Positions 12,301 to 26,673 of a stretch of 64,000 nucleotides of DNA are shown one piece after another. The DNA comes from Catajapyx aquilonaris. Its lineage: Eukaryota. How positions within the stretch are numbered: position 1 is the stretch's first letter; every line of letters starts with the position of its first letter. A model generated the notes under the pieces. That model did no database searches, was not told where the DNA came from, and saw nothing but the letters and a program-made list of their open reading frames with translations. Position numbers and translations under genes: made by a program. The stretch is from assembly GCA_000934665.2 (NCBI GenBank), contig KZ537974.1, positions 1 to 64,000 on the forward strand, in the 5' to 3' direction.

Positions 12301-13647
12301 CGTAGCTGATCGTACATTCATGTTTCCAGAGAACGGATCGTGTTTCTGGCTGCTCTGGAACGGATCGATTAGCGAATCAAAGCGGTGGACGAGACGAGAT
12401 GGGATGGGATAGATGGCGCTTTGTTACTGCCTCTCTCAGTTTGTTTGCTCCAAAACCGTCGGCGACAGGGATTCCACCCCCCTGAAGCCGTCAAAAAAAT
12501 AGTAGTACCAAGAGAGAGGGCCATTTGTGTGTGCACAGGGTTGGAGACACCCTGAAATCGCTGGTTATTTCTGAAAAAAAAGTAGTTATGTCGCCTCCCC
12601 CATGTAAGACCGGTGGGACATTCAACGGGAATGTTATGCTACTCTATTCCGAGGAAACAGGCAGGGATGATGGGAAATCAATCCACCTGCCGCAGAGTCC
12701 GGATTCTTTTTGCCATTTTTGGAGCATATTGGATGTGTTATTTTCTTATACTGCCCGCAAAAATGGCGACGAGTTTTTTTTCGATGCCACCCCGGGGCGA
12801 GAAGATTGTTTTGATATGTCACCGTCAAAATCTGAAATCTGTTAAAATTGGGCCGGGTTTATGCTACATGCGGTGTGATTTATTATCCGCCCAACGCACG
12901 TCTCCTTTTGTTTTCGAGCAACCGAGGCTCTAATCGCCAACAATGGTTGGTAATTTTGTGAAGTTTAATTGATAGGCCTGTGGAGTACTGTAAAGGGTCG
13001 ATGAAATTTTTTTTCGCTTGTGTGGATGAGTTAATCCGACATAATATGCATGTGTATTATGATGATATTGTGGGGCATAATAATCCATCATGGAATATTA
13101 GGATGTTGCTATACGTTAGGAATATTATTGCATGCGTCTGTAGAACTTTTGGTGTAAACAATGAAAATAATGGATAGCTTTTTTTATTATTATTTTGTTT
13201 GAGCAAAATCGTGGCTTGTAGAAACTTTGTGAGCCCCTGTGTATCAGGCTGCGTGTTGAACAAGAGAGGCTGAAGTGTTGCGGTAGAGAAACAGGATAAC
13301 CCGCGGATGTCTTTTGGATACTGTACTTGAAGTATTTAAGAGCAGGATTACAGTGCAGAGCACCATTCCTTTGTTGTATGCCTCAAGGTAATGTTACAAC
13401 AGTTGCTGTAATTATAATCGTATGCATTTTAAGTCGTGCGGTTTGCTTCTTAATTTGCAAAGTGCTTTGATAATCACAGTATGAAAACGTCTGGGTAATT
13501 ACGTGCAAAGGCTTGTGATTTTCACTCCGGGTTGAATATAGTGCAACTTTCCGAAGCAAAAAAAAAACATCCAATACTTGCCGGCATGGCAATTAGAACT
13601 GTCACGAATTGAGCAAGGTTTATCAGCGGAAGCAAATGCAGTTTTAA

Positions 13648-13693
13648 AAAATAATTTTCTGCCGCATTCTGATTATAAAATAATTTTCTGCCG
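13648..13693 (+). repeat. Short direct duplication AAAATAATTTTCTGCCG x2 (period 29)
   Basis: Identical 17-mers at 13648-13664 and 13677-13693. Confidence 0.85.
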
Positions 13694-14582
13694 AGGATTC
13701 AAAACATGATTTGAAGCCAGCATTAACAAAAAATTGAATCCATAAGAGGTGACAAATGCTATTATTAATCAGCTAATCACGTAAATACTGTACGTGACAT
13801 GCACTTGCAAAATTTTTTTAAGTAGGGGAAAAAAGGGCGTCAGCTTGGCATAGTCACATCACGAAGTCCATGTATACCGTAGGCAGCAGGGATGATAGGA
13901 GAACAGCTTTGGTGGAAATTGATGTGCCGGCGGGAATAATCCAGACAAGCCCAGGAATCAGTGTCAGGTCTCAAGACGTACAGAGAGCTCCTCTTTCCCT
14001 CCGCATTAAAAAAAAAAAAAAACGAGGAAGCGGAATTATGGAGTCTGAATTTGTAATTACAAGAGAAGGAGGGAGGTGGACCCCGTATCGAGTTTGCGGA
14101 TCAACAAGGCGTCATCGTGCACCCTGTGTTTTCCGGCTTGATTAATAAAACAATCTGGCCTGCATTTGCCTCGCACAGATTCCTTATGCAAAGTGGGCCT
14201 TGGCCCGGGGGGGTCCAAAAGGAGCCTCGAAGTAGGAGATCCGGGAAGAGGGGGGGGGAGGGTTTCAATGCGGTTCATTTGGATTAGGTATCCGGGCGGG
14301 CTCCGGATGATGGAAAGGGGCAGTTATCTCCGGGGAGAGAGTCTTGTCCGTCCCTAATCCACTTTGGACCGGGGCGCTGGGGTTCAATGGGGTCGTTTTC
14401 CTATCCCGCAGGGAAACTTTAGTAGTGTCCGCCTGCTAGAGGTTAATGACTACCGCCTCCCCAGCTATACAGCCTCGACCCGCACTACTAGCCTTCTATT
14501 ACAACGGAATACGTGACGAGATGGGTTTTATGAATATTGTTCTCACCTCCTGCGCGAGTGTGCCCCCCTCTATTAAGCTGTA

Positions 14583-14620
14583 CAGGGTGAGTCGTTATTG
14601 TGCAGTTTGGGGACACCCTG
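14583..14620. mobile_element. Minimal 38-bp Tc1/mariner-type MITE-like element
   Basis: TA|CAGGGTG...CACCCTG|TA: terminal inverted repeats with TA on both sides, the target-site duplication of Tc1/mariner elements. Confidence 0.5.
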
Positions 14621-17600
14621 TATACTGAAGGGAATGGGCGTTTTAGCAAAAATGTTTTTATGTACACAGACCGCAGAGGGGGTAGAAAAGGCTTTTGAAT
14701 AAGCCGACTGGAGAAAAGTGTGCTTTTTGGAACGAGTGGGTGTGGCAAGTTGGGACACATTTCTAGTCTTCTGAGAGAATTTTTTTTCTCTTCTTCCTCC
14801 TTTTCCTGACGGGGCTGGGAGGGGTTAAAAGTAAGCAGATGAGTAATGGCGAACGCGATCGAAGCGCACTCATTGCGTCTCTTTTTGGCAGTAGGGGCGC
14901 CATTTGAATGCTAAGCAGATGAAATTTTTGGAATTAAAGCGGGTTGGAAAGGGTATTTAAAAGGAGATCGCTGGTGACGACCGGCGCCGCTTTTCTACGA
15001 CCAAAAGATGCAAAGAGCCTATTCGCAACTTTTTTATACACGGGCGCTGATATCATTGCAGATGCAAAAAAAAATTGAGAAGAATGTCGGCTGGGGCTAT
15101 AGTTGAAACTTTCTTTTTAAAAAATCCACGGAATCTGCGGAATTTTGGGCATGCCGACCAGTGCTCAATCGATGAAATTTTTCGCGTCCTAATCACACTC
15201 GCTTATTAATATCAGTTTCTCCCACTCTGGTTGCAATCGTCCCCCGCTCGCAGTCAGACCTGATAAAGTGATGTAAGTTTGCTGGGGTGGAAACGTATGT
15301 TAGACTGCCTCTGCCACTTGGCGCCATCCATCACTAATCAAAGGATTTAATGAATCACGGCTGATAGGCACGCTTCTAGGGTGGGCCATCCGTTTCGCTC
15401 TGCCGCGCTTTGTTCCGCTGACGTGAATGTCTAGGGGTGGGACGGCGGAATCTTAACATTTATTTCAAGGAAAACCTCACAGCCTGGTTGTTTTTACTTG
15501 GGGAGCCAAGGAACTGGCCGATGAAGACGCATTGCTTAGGGAAATTCTTGGAAAGAGTAGACCCACAATAGGGTTGACATAAATCATGTGTAGGTTGTTC
15601 CCAACCGAAAGTTTCAAAAAAAAAATGCTTTATGCTGAAAATTGACCTGGATCCTGCATCCTGTAACACTTCAATGACAGCGCAGGCATTTTTATTGGCG
15701 CGTAATTTTTTATCGTCTCCAGTCAATACATCACTTTTGACGCGGCTGTGTGGCAAACATAGTAGATGGCCATGGGACCAACTGGTGTTCATATTTGGAC
15801 ACGATCCAAAGACGTCTTCTCTCCGTAAATCTTGGCCTGCTCAAACACTGTACAGTATTATTAACACCCTTCATTCATACGGCCTTTATCATTTTCCAGG
15901 GAGACAAAGCGTTCGGTGTCATATTTCGCTGGGAAGTTATTTCAATATTTGGCGTAACCCGGCTGCAACAGGTGGTTAAATTCTGTGGAAGTTTCGTGCA
16001 AGCTCATTTTTGTCATTCCTTCTCTCGCCGACCAAGTTTTCCGTAACTTTCTCTCTAAGACGTCGTAGCTGGATTCCTGGGCCTGTCCTATCGCGTCTTC
16101 TTGGCAGAATATGGCGGTGCTTGAAAGCAAACTGGTTCCTTCCGAGAGGAAAGTGGAGGGTGGGGCGTAGCTCTTCTCCGACTCATTTCCTATGCATAGA
16201 ACCCTAGGGATTAGCCACAGTCCATTTTGGGATGTTTAGGCAAATGAGGTCTCCTGTTACACACACACTTCGTCTTGGTGTAGTGTTAGTTAGGCTCTTA
16301 TCAAGGCGAAAGTGAGGAGGTCCAGGGAATTGGAATTAAGGCTCCTGGGAGGGTGTGACGCAAAGGACTGGAAATCAAGGATGTCGCCGACTGCCAGCTC
16401 CGTTTTCACACCCTTTTCGCGTCGCGGTTGGTTGGTGGCGGGTCCATTCAAACGGTGTGCGAAATTGTGCATCTCCTGTCCTTTGTTAAACCACAGAAGC
16501 GGCAGGTGAGATGCTTCATTTGTGCGCAAAGTCGCGTGGGATTAGGGTTTTAGCACTATCACGATATGGGGAGCCGCGTAAATATTCGTTATAAGTGTAG
16601 GGTCGCCTGGGGCCTTAATGGGATAAAAATTATAATTGTAGCTAAAGTTTGCGCTTAGCGTGCATCGAAAGATGGCTTCTGGGCTGATTATGCGGCGGTA
16701 TAATTAACGCGGAATGGTCCGGATGATCCCAATGTTCATTTCCAGGAAATATATAGGAATTTAGGCGCAGCAGCTGCATTCGTAGGCGCAGATTAGGGAG
16801 TGCTTATACAGTCAAATCGGACCACAATGCGGCGTGACAGTATCAAACACTAATATTAGTCATACGGCCATAATAATTGTGTTTGTTGGTGGTGGTGTTT
16901 TGGCAGAACCGCGGTTTGTACGTTATTAATGGGATTGTCATAATTAGAAGAATATAAGGTTAAATCAGTGTACCCGAACAGTATAAACATTTCATATCCA
17001 TATTTAATCATACTTGCAATAACAGCGGGTGACCATAAATAGCGGGATACTGCAACCAGGGTTTAATTAAATTTATAGTATTCACTGGCAGCTGATCCTG
17101 GTTGTCCAACCAGCCGAAGTCTAGCTACTGGCGGTGATGAGAATGGCCTCCTTCGTATAGCTAACACATCCGAGTGGGGCATGAAAAGAGGTCCGGATGA
17201 GGACGGAACAGGAAGTGGGCATTCAGAATGGAGGAAGTTGGGCGAAATTGAGCGGGAAAAGCCGGTTAGGAAAAGCGTCGTTCTGGCCCGTGGCCAAAAC
17301 GGAGCCGAAGCACGTGGTATCTGAGTGGCGATGAAGGTAATAATTGTTCCTCCCCCACGGCGGGAGTAGGTCTTAATTGCAGCTTGCAGGCACTGGTGCA
17401 TGCCACTTCCTCCAGATTTCCGCCCTTGCGACTTGGACCCCCTCGTGCTGCTTGTGACAGCCTTCGTTTTCCCAAACCAGGAGCCTTTCTGATAGACGCT
17501 GAAAAGGAGGCTCCTTTGTTCCTCCTACTCCCTGTCATGTGCAACCTCCACTTGCCCTACCCTCAAAAAAATATTGAGGTTCCTTATACACCACAGGCCG

Positions 17601-20218
17601 GGTTTTATTAGAATACAAGCCTTTTTTTTACTAGAAGTTTGCCAAAACAGCCTATGTGATGTATTATGACATGGGCTGTGGCGAAATTTGTACAGGAGTT
17701 GGCAAAATCGGCGGGTATTGTTTTGGGGAGCTAAATCCGGGGTTGGGTGAAAATGTTTACATTATGAATTTTAATTAAATTTATCATTGTCGACGTGGCA
17801 GATAAACAGAATAATGTTATCGTGTATAAGCGTGTAATGTAGCAGGTAGGTGCGGTATATTGACGCACATCATTAGAATAATTGGATAGGGGTCCGCAAA
17901 AGGGGGCGGTTTTGATTTCAAAGTTAGGTTAGCTTTAGAGTGGCCTTCAATTGGTTACTTTGGAATTTTCATGGGGGATGGTTAATGAGGCTTGAAGTGT
18001 CCGCCGATATGGGTTTGCTACAATAACAATTTTGGCATTGTCCGAGCTTATTGATATGACAGGCAGCTTAATCACACATTTTACAGGGTTGCCTGTGTTG
18101 CCATGCATTATGGTGTCAGTTTTTGGAGGGCATGTACACTGGATGTTCCTGCATGCCTTTAGTCTGATATTTTAATATTGCAATATGTATTACTGTATAC
18201 TTGAGAGAGAAATGACCCTTGAAGTCTTAGCCTCTTTCCCATCCTGCTACTTCACGATCCATCAATACGAGTTACTACCTAATAAAACTGATATCAATCG
18301 CCAATATTAGCGTCAGAGTGTGGCCGAGTCACAGATTACAAAGAGTTAGTTGTATTGCTATTCAAAAATGTGCCATAATTGGCACGTATCCCATAGGGAC
18401 AAAACCCCACACGCGTAATAAACCAAAAAATGAAAATAATTGGCAGGTAGGGATTGTGCACGCGTTATCTCGATTTGTGTGCCACCATGTTTTGTTCCAA
18501 ATCGGTTGGCATGACCGGATGACAGCACGTGTTTATTTTAATTTCGGCTCGCTATTTTTACAATCGATCTTTTGAGAGTTCACTACACTAACACTCCTTT
18601 ATTGCGCCAGTAAAACTGCGGAAGAAAAAAAGGTCAGCACGTTAACCGCTTCTGTGCATTTGTCAGGCAATTTAATCCAGACAGCCGCACTTTTCTTGCG
18701 TCGCGTGCGATATTATGTACCGGCGATTTATCCAGTTCATCGGTACCCGGAGCTTTACCTGCAAGTGCGGCTTGTCATGCAGGAGAGAGATATCGGCCCC
18801 TGTGGGAAAGTGGTCTTGGGCTGCTCGCGTGCAAGGCTTCATTTTCCAGCCTGGCTGCTCCGATGCATCTTAGGGCAAAGAAATCGGCCTCAGTGGTGTT
18901 AATTCTGGCGAGGAGAGTTAGTCGGTTTTATATGCGAAGTGAGGCATGTCCCTTCGCGCCCCTCGCGCCCCTTTTCCTTTCTTCTTCATTTAAAGGCCCG
19001 CATGAAATTCGGTAGGCCTACTGCACTCGGGTTGAGCCAGACGCCATCGGAATTTAAAATCTGTTTCTACTCAGCTAACTAACGGGGATTGGGGGCGGTT
19101 TGGGAGCTTTCCTCTACCATGTCTCACATTTTAATGCGTCCGAATCATATAAAAAAAGAGGAGGAAGAATTGCAGGTTGTAAGGGGTGACAGTAAAGATG
19201 AGGATGGTGACCCTGGAGACAACCGGACCTGCGTAAAACCCTGACCTACAATATCTTGCTGAACTGGATGTTTGTGCGTGGGTTTGCTCATAAGTAATGC
19301 AGTGTGTAGTTTGGTCTGTTCAATCGTGTGTTATTTTACTGGGATGAGTTTGCATCGTACGGAAATTAATAATTTGATGGAAGAATATTAGTTTGCCTGG
19401 AGGATACATGCTGCTTGTGAAAACTGCACGAGTTTAATTAAAAACTACCTACTTTGAATTCATGAGCCATGACGGTTTTTAAATGATCTTGTAGGCCAGG
19501 TGTGTTTTCAGAAGCAGAACTGTACTGGAATAAGTAGGCAGCAGAAAATCTGGGATCAGTTTGAAACTGGCAGCACTACCTCTGCACCGCAGACCTTTGC
19601 CCATACGCATAAATTGCGTCATGCTGCACAGCGGTAATTTTACCTAGCTAAAGTACTGATGGTTGTATATGGCCAGGGCACCGAAACATTTTCCCCCCAC
19701 ATCAAATACGTGACCTAATTCAGAACTCAAAGAATTTTACGCAGTGATGTATTGAAAACAACGCAACAAAGCATGACTCGCCATTGTAAATTATTTATCG
19801 TATAATTTTAATGCTGTTCTCCATTATGTAGGGCTCATCCATAAGGCAGTGACTGGAAATGTAAAAAAATCGTATTAATTATTCAGCTTTGGACGACATA
19901 AAAATTCAGTTTTGAAACCGCTTTGTAGAGTGTAACCTGGCGCATGCCTATAGTGCTGGGCTGGGCCCTATATTATAGTAGCCTCCGGGAAGGCCGAAAC
20001 TTTCCGCATTAATCTATGGCGTTAAGTTTCCAAGGGGGCAATTCGCAGTAGCGCGAACCTGTTGTACCCCTTGGTCTTGCACTTGTAGCACTCCAGATCT
20101 CTTCCTCGTCGAACATAATAACCTCTGATGCGGCATTAAACGCGTGTTTTGCCATGAATTAGGGCGGCTGCAGCGTGGACCTCGCAGAGATGGGTACCTT
20201 GGCAGCAGTTGTGGCTGA

Positions 20219-20242
20219 CAGCAGCAGCAGCAGCAGCAGCAG
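20219..20242 (+). repeat. (CAG)8 trinucleotide repeat
   Basis: Eight perfect CAG units in a GC-rich block. Confidence 0.95.
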
Positions 20243-23200
20243 CCGGGGCGTCGGCAGCGGCGGGGTCGATACTAAGCTCCTTTGCGTATACGGGTGAAAA
20301 GTGGGCTAAGTAAGGGGAAGTGGAGAGAAGCCGCGGATGGGACGAATCCCGTGGGAAAAGTGCCCGATCCTCTCCAGCAGGAAGGCAAAGTGGACCGAAG
20401 GAGCCCGGCCAAGAAGACGTTGGGGCAGTCCCAATTCGGACATAAGTCCACACTCGGAAACAAAAGGAACCCCTCCCTCTGATTGGTGCCACCTGCCCAC
20501 CCACCCTCCACAACACGCGAGTGCCAAATGTTGTTTCCGTCCTGCCCCTTGTTTGCCTTCTGCCAAAGTGCTCTCGGCTTTCTATCCGCAACTGCAAATT
20601 GCGTTATCAACTCTCCCACCCCCCCACAGGCCCTCACCCACCGGAAGAATAGCCCTTTCCGTTACAAGTACCGGTTTATGTCCGGCAAGTCTGTCGTTGC
20701 TTCCCGGCTATGCTTTGTGGCTGTAAAATCCGGTTATTGTCGGCGCGCCCTAATTGAATTTCAATGGCGTGTCTGCCTTTTCTCTGCGGGCTATGTCATT
20801 CGTGGCATTGAAACAAAAAAATTACGGAAGTTGGCCTGGAATATAAGGCTGGTTTTTTTTTTTTTGGGGGGGGGGGATTAGCTGGGGGTATCTGTGGTGG
20901 AAGGGTGACCTAGTGGTCGTCGTTGACTTTGGGTCACATACACCAATATTCGTAAATGTGGATTCGGATTCCCGCGTTCTTGGCATTCGGTATCATACGG
21001 AACACCTTGTAATTTACACCTACTGCAGTTAGTGGTCTGACACTGTATATTGCTGTCAGGATGCTAATGTTTGTTTACAGAGCCACTCGCGACACCAGCA
21101 GGAAGCGAAGCTCCCATTTCTGTCCCATTTGCTGCAAGTTCAGATTGTAGAGGAAGTCATAACATAACTAACCTACTCCTTCACTGTAAGCCCTCTGATT
21201 CTATAACAAGGCCTAGTAACTAGTCCAGCCAAGTTTGTTGCCTCATTGGTCATGGAAGTTTGGGAATTGGAAGGATTCTGAGCTCTGTGCAGTGTCACTT
21301 TGGATAGAATTTGGAAGGAATTCGGGATGCGTGATATTCTCACGAAAGATGCAGGGTTGCGTGATGTTGCCAGATTCTTGCAATAAAATCGAACGACACT
21401 GAAGCGACATTGTTGCAAATAGAGCACAACTGCATCATCGATCGGTCGACGCAAGATGGCACAGCTCGAAAAGCAGTCGTAAATATATGGCCATATATAT
21501 AGGTTCTGGTCTTGGAAAACGGATGGCATGAAGGAACGAATGACCCGACTAAGTCTGGTCGGGAATCCGAGGGGGCCCCCAGCAGCCGAAGACAAAACGA
21601 GGATCAATAATGAGGCTAATTGTTCGGGGTGTCTCATCCCGCTTGTCGTTGACGTCGAAGCTTTGGGGAAGAAAAAGGGAAAGCTGCAGCATCAATCTTG
21701 GAAGGAAGGACCAGAGAAAAGAGTGAGTCGGAAAGGGAATTGAGGTCGTTTGCCGTTGTGAAGGAACCAAATTAACCCGCTCGCTTTTGCGGGATCTGGC
21801 CCGGATTTTACCCCCTCCCCCACCCTCCACCCCCCCCCTGGAGGCGAAATCGCTCCAGGGAGAATTGGCTAGGGAGAAATGCCCCTGTTCATTATACAGT
21901 ATATCTAGAGGATTGTAGAGGCGATTTGCCAGCCAGCGACGATGGCGTTTGACTGATGCTGGCAGATGCTGCCGCCGCCTACTTTGTCTTATCCCCCTCT
22001 AACCATTTTTTTCGTTTTATCCTGGAGAAAAAAAAAATCTTCTCGCTTATTCTACCGACACGGAATAATGATGACAGATGCTTCGCCGTGTGCCGCTACA
22101 AAACCCGGGGCAGATTGGATTGTTTGTCATTGGGAGGAGATGATGAAAAGTGAGCAGACGCCTCTTGTTATTGAATTGCCTCTGGTTCGGCTCAGAAAAT
22201 ATGGCGGAAGAAGGTGGAACGACTGTGATTTCTTTCCGGGGAATGAGGATGGAATTTGTGGATGATGGTGTGCGGAGTTGCACCCAAACTAATGAATTTT
22301 GCAGCGGGACAGGATCGGCGCCCCCAGACTTGTTTGTTTGTGCCAAAATTCTAGGACCGAGATTCAACACGCATTGGAGATAGTGTCGTAGAGCATCGTG
22401 GGGGCGATTAAGGCGAGATTGGGCACGCTTCGAGGATTGATCGGAGAGTGGCTGGAACAAGTGGGTCCAATTTACAATAAAATAACTAAAAAAAAATAAA
22501 CATCTGCACTCCTATATGTCATACCCATTTGTGCAATTGTACTTAATTTACTCAAAAAATTATATTATAAAAAATTACACTCGGGCATACTTGGGTCCAG
22601 TTTTGACTCGTTTGAAATAGGTCCATATATGCAGATGAGCGGTGCCTAAATCCTCATTACTCTTGCGGCATATGCTTTCCGATCACGTCTCGTGGAAGCA
22701 CGCTGGATGAAGAGCAGAAGTTGAAAAAAAAGGCTGGTAATCGAATTTTGCGCCTATTTGAGTGCGGATTATATGCCGGCATTTGGCGGCGTCAAATTGC
22801 AAATATGAGCGGGGGTTGCGAAAACTCCCCGCAGGGCCCCCCCGGACAATCAACGCACGTTTACCACTCGCGTCACGGGGATTTTTCCCACCCATCCCAC
22901 TCCCTTCCCCCTCTCGTCCCAACCGAAATATTAATTACGTGCGTGTTCTCGTCCCATGTGTCATATCGTGTACATCTGCACCCGTACGAATTACTGTGGT
23001 GCCGTTTGATGTATTGTTGATTTCCGAAAGAGCCCGCAGCGCATAACTGCGGAATACCGCTCTGAATTTTGTGGGGTTTGCAGGTGATGAATCTTCGAAC
23101 TTTGTTGACCAAATATCGGAATTTGATGTGCGCATAAACAATGTGGAACTACCTTTAACCGCAGTGCATCTTTCACCCCCCTATAGACGGAGGAATATTT

Positions 23201-26200
23201 TGGGACGGTTCGGAGCTATTGGCGTAGATGGCGTTGGGTGGTGACCACCTGCCTCCGGTTATATAAGATGGCCAGGTGCATGCCCATGGCTACAATGGAG
23301 CCAATTGGGATGTTGTGGCTTGAGGGGAGCTTTGGCGCACCCGGAGCGTCCTCTCATGCATCTGCAAGTCTTTGGGGCCCGGAGGAGAAGAGCCGGTGAA
23401 ATAGGCTTACTGGGAAGGATTGGGGAGTTGCTATGGGCTCGTAGCTAGCTTTCAGTCAGAATTTCAGGCCTCGTGAACGAATGCCGGCGGTGTTCGGGCC
23501 ATAGTTACGGTTAGTTTTCATAAAAATCGATGGCGAATTTAATATCGCACAAAAGTTCGGATTAAATATCTGGTGGTTGCTTCAGTTTATTGATGTTAAA
23601 TTGTGCTCAGCCCGAGCCAAGAACTTGTTATATCCCAGTATAGCTCGTATGATTTTGTACTATAGACAAGTGTTTATAACCAATATGAGTATGCTGCGTA
23701 AATCGGCAGAGATGTGTCGCAGGACAAGTAACGTGAGACCCCGCCGACGTGTATCCCAGGTCAGGGCACCGTCGCAAAGTAAATGCGAGTATGAAGCGGA
23801 GGAAGGTGAGAGGTGGGTGGTAATGTAGGAGGACGTGCGTGGTTTATGGCGGCTCCGGTTCTGCCCGGATTATCAGCGGAGAATTCGCAACTTGAACCTT
23901 GATGAATGGAGACGTAATCCTGAGGCTGAAGCAAGTGAGGTAGGAGAGTGCACTTTGCTGTCACGCTCCGAGCGACTCTCCTTAGAACTCCAAAGGACAG
24001 CATAGCCCGATTCTAATGAGCTAGACGTGCTAAAGTACAGATGACTTCTCCGACGCCTCTCACCAACCAGGGAGGATTTTTTGCAGGGATGGTTTTAAAA
24101 CGGGAGATCTTCGTTGCTGTAGTGTTAGTTAAGTTGGTGATCACGGACTTTATAGGTGTTAATCAGGAGGGGAGTGGAATCAAATGGATATGCAAATGAG
24201 ATGCTTTAAGGGGGAGAGTGAGAAAAAAAGGAGAGAAATGCCAGCTCGTTCTACGGCCATCCTATTCTGGAGCGAAAGGCTTCAACCACGTCTCATTATA
24301 CAGCTGTACTAAAATTAATTAAATCTAGGTAGGCAGCTCGGAGACTGAGCTATACGGTGTCGGTGGGAATGAAGGTGGCAGGGTTATAATTAAACCCATT
24401 TGGGCTCATCGACCCAGATTTCAGATTGACAAGAGTAATGACAACGTTGTCTCCAACTTTGCTCGGTTTCTTGTTCACCAGGGGGTTTCTATCTCGTGGG
24501 GTCCAAGAAGAGCCAGGAAATGTGCTTTCTATGATTGATTCTTCGGGGTATAGCCTGGCTGGCATGGCAGGTAATGACCACAGCCGGATTTATGGGCCCT
24601 TTTTTTGTAACTCGACTAATACTATTTCGTGTATGCACTTATTTCACATATATAGTGTTACAGAGGCTGAATCTGATAGTTAATTTGTTACGCAGCACTT
24701 TGTGTGCTGACTGTAGGACCATATAGAGGCTTGGGTGTTTCGTGGATGCTCCGTTAAGGACTCGTTGCAGCATGAATATTCGGGAAGCAAGCCCTCCTGA
24801 ATGTGGTTGCAATTTGAGTGTGCCGTTGTTCTGCGGTTCAGTTGCCGTCCAGGCCGGTGCAAGCACAGTATGCGAGTATGAGGGGGACTAGGGTTAGCCG
24901 GTGGCCAGCTTTTGGCCTGTGCCTCGACATCATTAGAGGCCTCTACCAAATTGATGAGGGTATGTCTCCGGTTTCAAAGGGCGTCCAGAATAGGGGTAAA
25001 AAGGCCCCTCCATGTGATAATGCTTGATTCATTAGCCATAAATGAATCCGGCCCGAATCCACAATACCCCTGGTTGATAAATGCGGAGGTAACGGTCGGG
25101 GTGGGGCGGGGAAAGATTTTATGGGGAGGCCCAGGAGGCAATCGGTATTCAAGGAACGGCTATAATAAGGCTCATACGCAACGAATGGTGTGCGCAGGGT
25201 AATCGGTAACAAAGGAGGTAGACCAAAATTTGCTGTTGTGCCAAAGGCTATTGGGAGCATCGATCTTCATTCCTGTCCTGTTTACACCAGCATGGCGATC
25301 ACTTTTATCTGCTGCATTTTCTAGGAATTCTCCAGCGTTCTATGAACTAGCTCTGTCATTAGCCGTGATGCAGTGAGCACTAAATAAAGGGGCCCAGATT
25401 TACTGCAAGTCGGACTCAATTTGAGCCATTTCACGGCTCCTTCGCTGATTGCTATAGAGCCATTTACTTTGAAATTAGGGAGCAAAACCGCTCAATTTGA
25501 GTAAGTAGCTCTAAATCGGATAGAGGGGGAATGTCGGTCAAAATGGAGTTCGCAACTTGAGTGAATTGCACTATTTTTTTAAAAGTAGAGTGTTAGAGAG
25601 GTTTTTTCCAACGATGTTGTCAGTGAGGGCAGCCATCAAGATATTTATCTGCTCTTGATCTCTTATGAGCCATGATATCCTAATCTTCATATGAAACGAG
25701 CAAGAAATGGCCTAATGTACCGAGAATCTAACTCGAAGTGTTTTTAGACGAATCCGTAGGGGTCCTTATATATAGTTCAGGGACGAAAAGGGATTTTTCT
25801 TTCTCAAGGGCTTCGCTAGGCTTAGAATGAACATTATCTCGAAGGCGAATGTTGCGGAAAGAAATTCACGTTTCTTGTCGGAAGTACCTAGGAAGTAAGT
25901 TAGTAGCTGGTAGCGAAAACGAACAAATTCCATGTTGCAGTCCATCACCGAAGCCTTGCACCAGTTTCTCGGAAGCTATGTGTTCAGGTTCTCAGGACAA
26001 GATGTTTATGGTGCCGTTGTATTGCAAGTGTTTTTAGCTCGTTGGACTCCAGGCTAATACAAGTTGGTGTACAATGCAGTGCAGTAACTTAACTGAAAAA
26101 ATACGTTAGCTACATGCAAGCTATAGGAGCGTGTTGTCCAAGAAGCAGGGTTTCAACTTGCTGTAAATTCTAGAGGATTACTGCCAGCGTTAAGAAGCTT

Positions 26201-26442
26201 CTCGACGTCGAAAATAATTTGTGGAAAGTTCCCAGGAGAGGGTCCCAACTCTAGGATTTCCTCCGGAAAAAAGAAAGTTGCGGCCTATACCGGACTGGAG
26301 AGCGACTGGAATCCGGGGCAAGAAAAGCCGGGGCCCTGAGAAACTTTTCTGTCGCGAGAACTATAAATAAACAACGGTGCTTTTGGCCCTACGACATGGA
26401 GCCCCAGATAGATTCGGGCCAGGTGTTATTGCTCTATTTTTA

Positions 26443-26673
26443 CAGGGTGTTTCAGAATTGACCGTGTTCACTTGTGTATAGGGTTGCAACTTTCTCATTT
26501 CAGTGATTTCACCCGATGGAGGGAGTTGGGGGTGATTAGTAATGTTAGACGGTAGAGGGCATTTTGGTGCCAGGTTTGTAATAATATCCGCTAGTGGTTA
26601 ACATGTTAAAAAAACCGTGTATCTATCAGCCTGCCATTTTTGCAATAATTTTTGATCCAATTGCATCACCCTG
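26443..26673. mobile_element. ~230-bp Tc1/mariner-type MITE
   Basis: TA|CAGGGTGTTTCAGAATTG ... CAATTGCATCACCCTG|TA: imperfect TIRs, TA flanks, AT-rich non-coding interior. Confidence 0.65.

Noticed and set aside
20136..20597. ORF with a poly-Ala tract, suggesting a transcription-factor exon
   Set aside because: Poly-Ala comes from the (CAG)8 repeat; the + strand poly-Gln frame is preceded directly by a TGA stop; no domain and no good splice sites.
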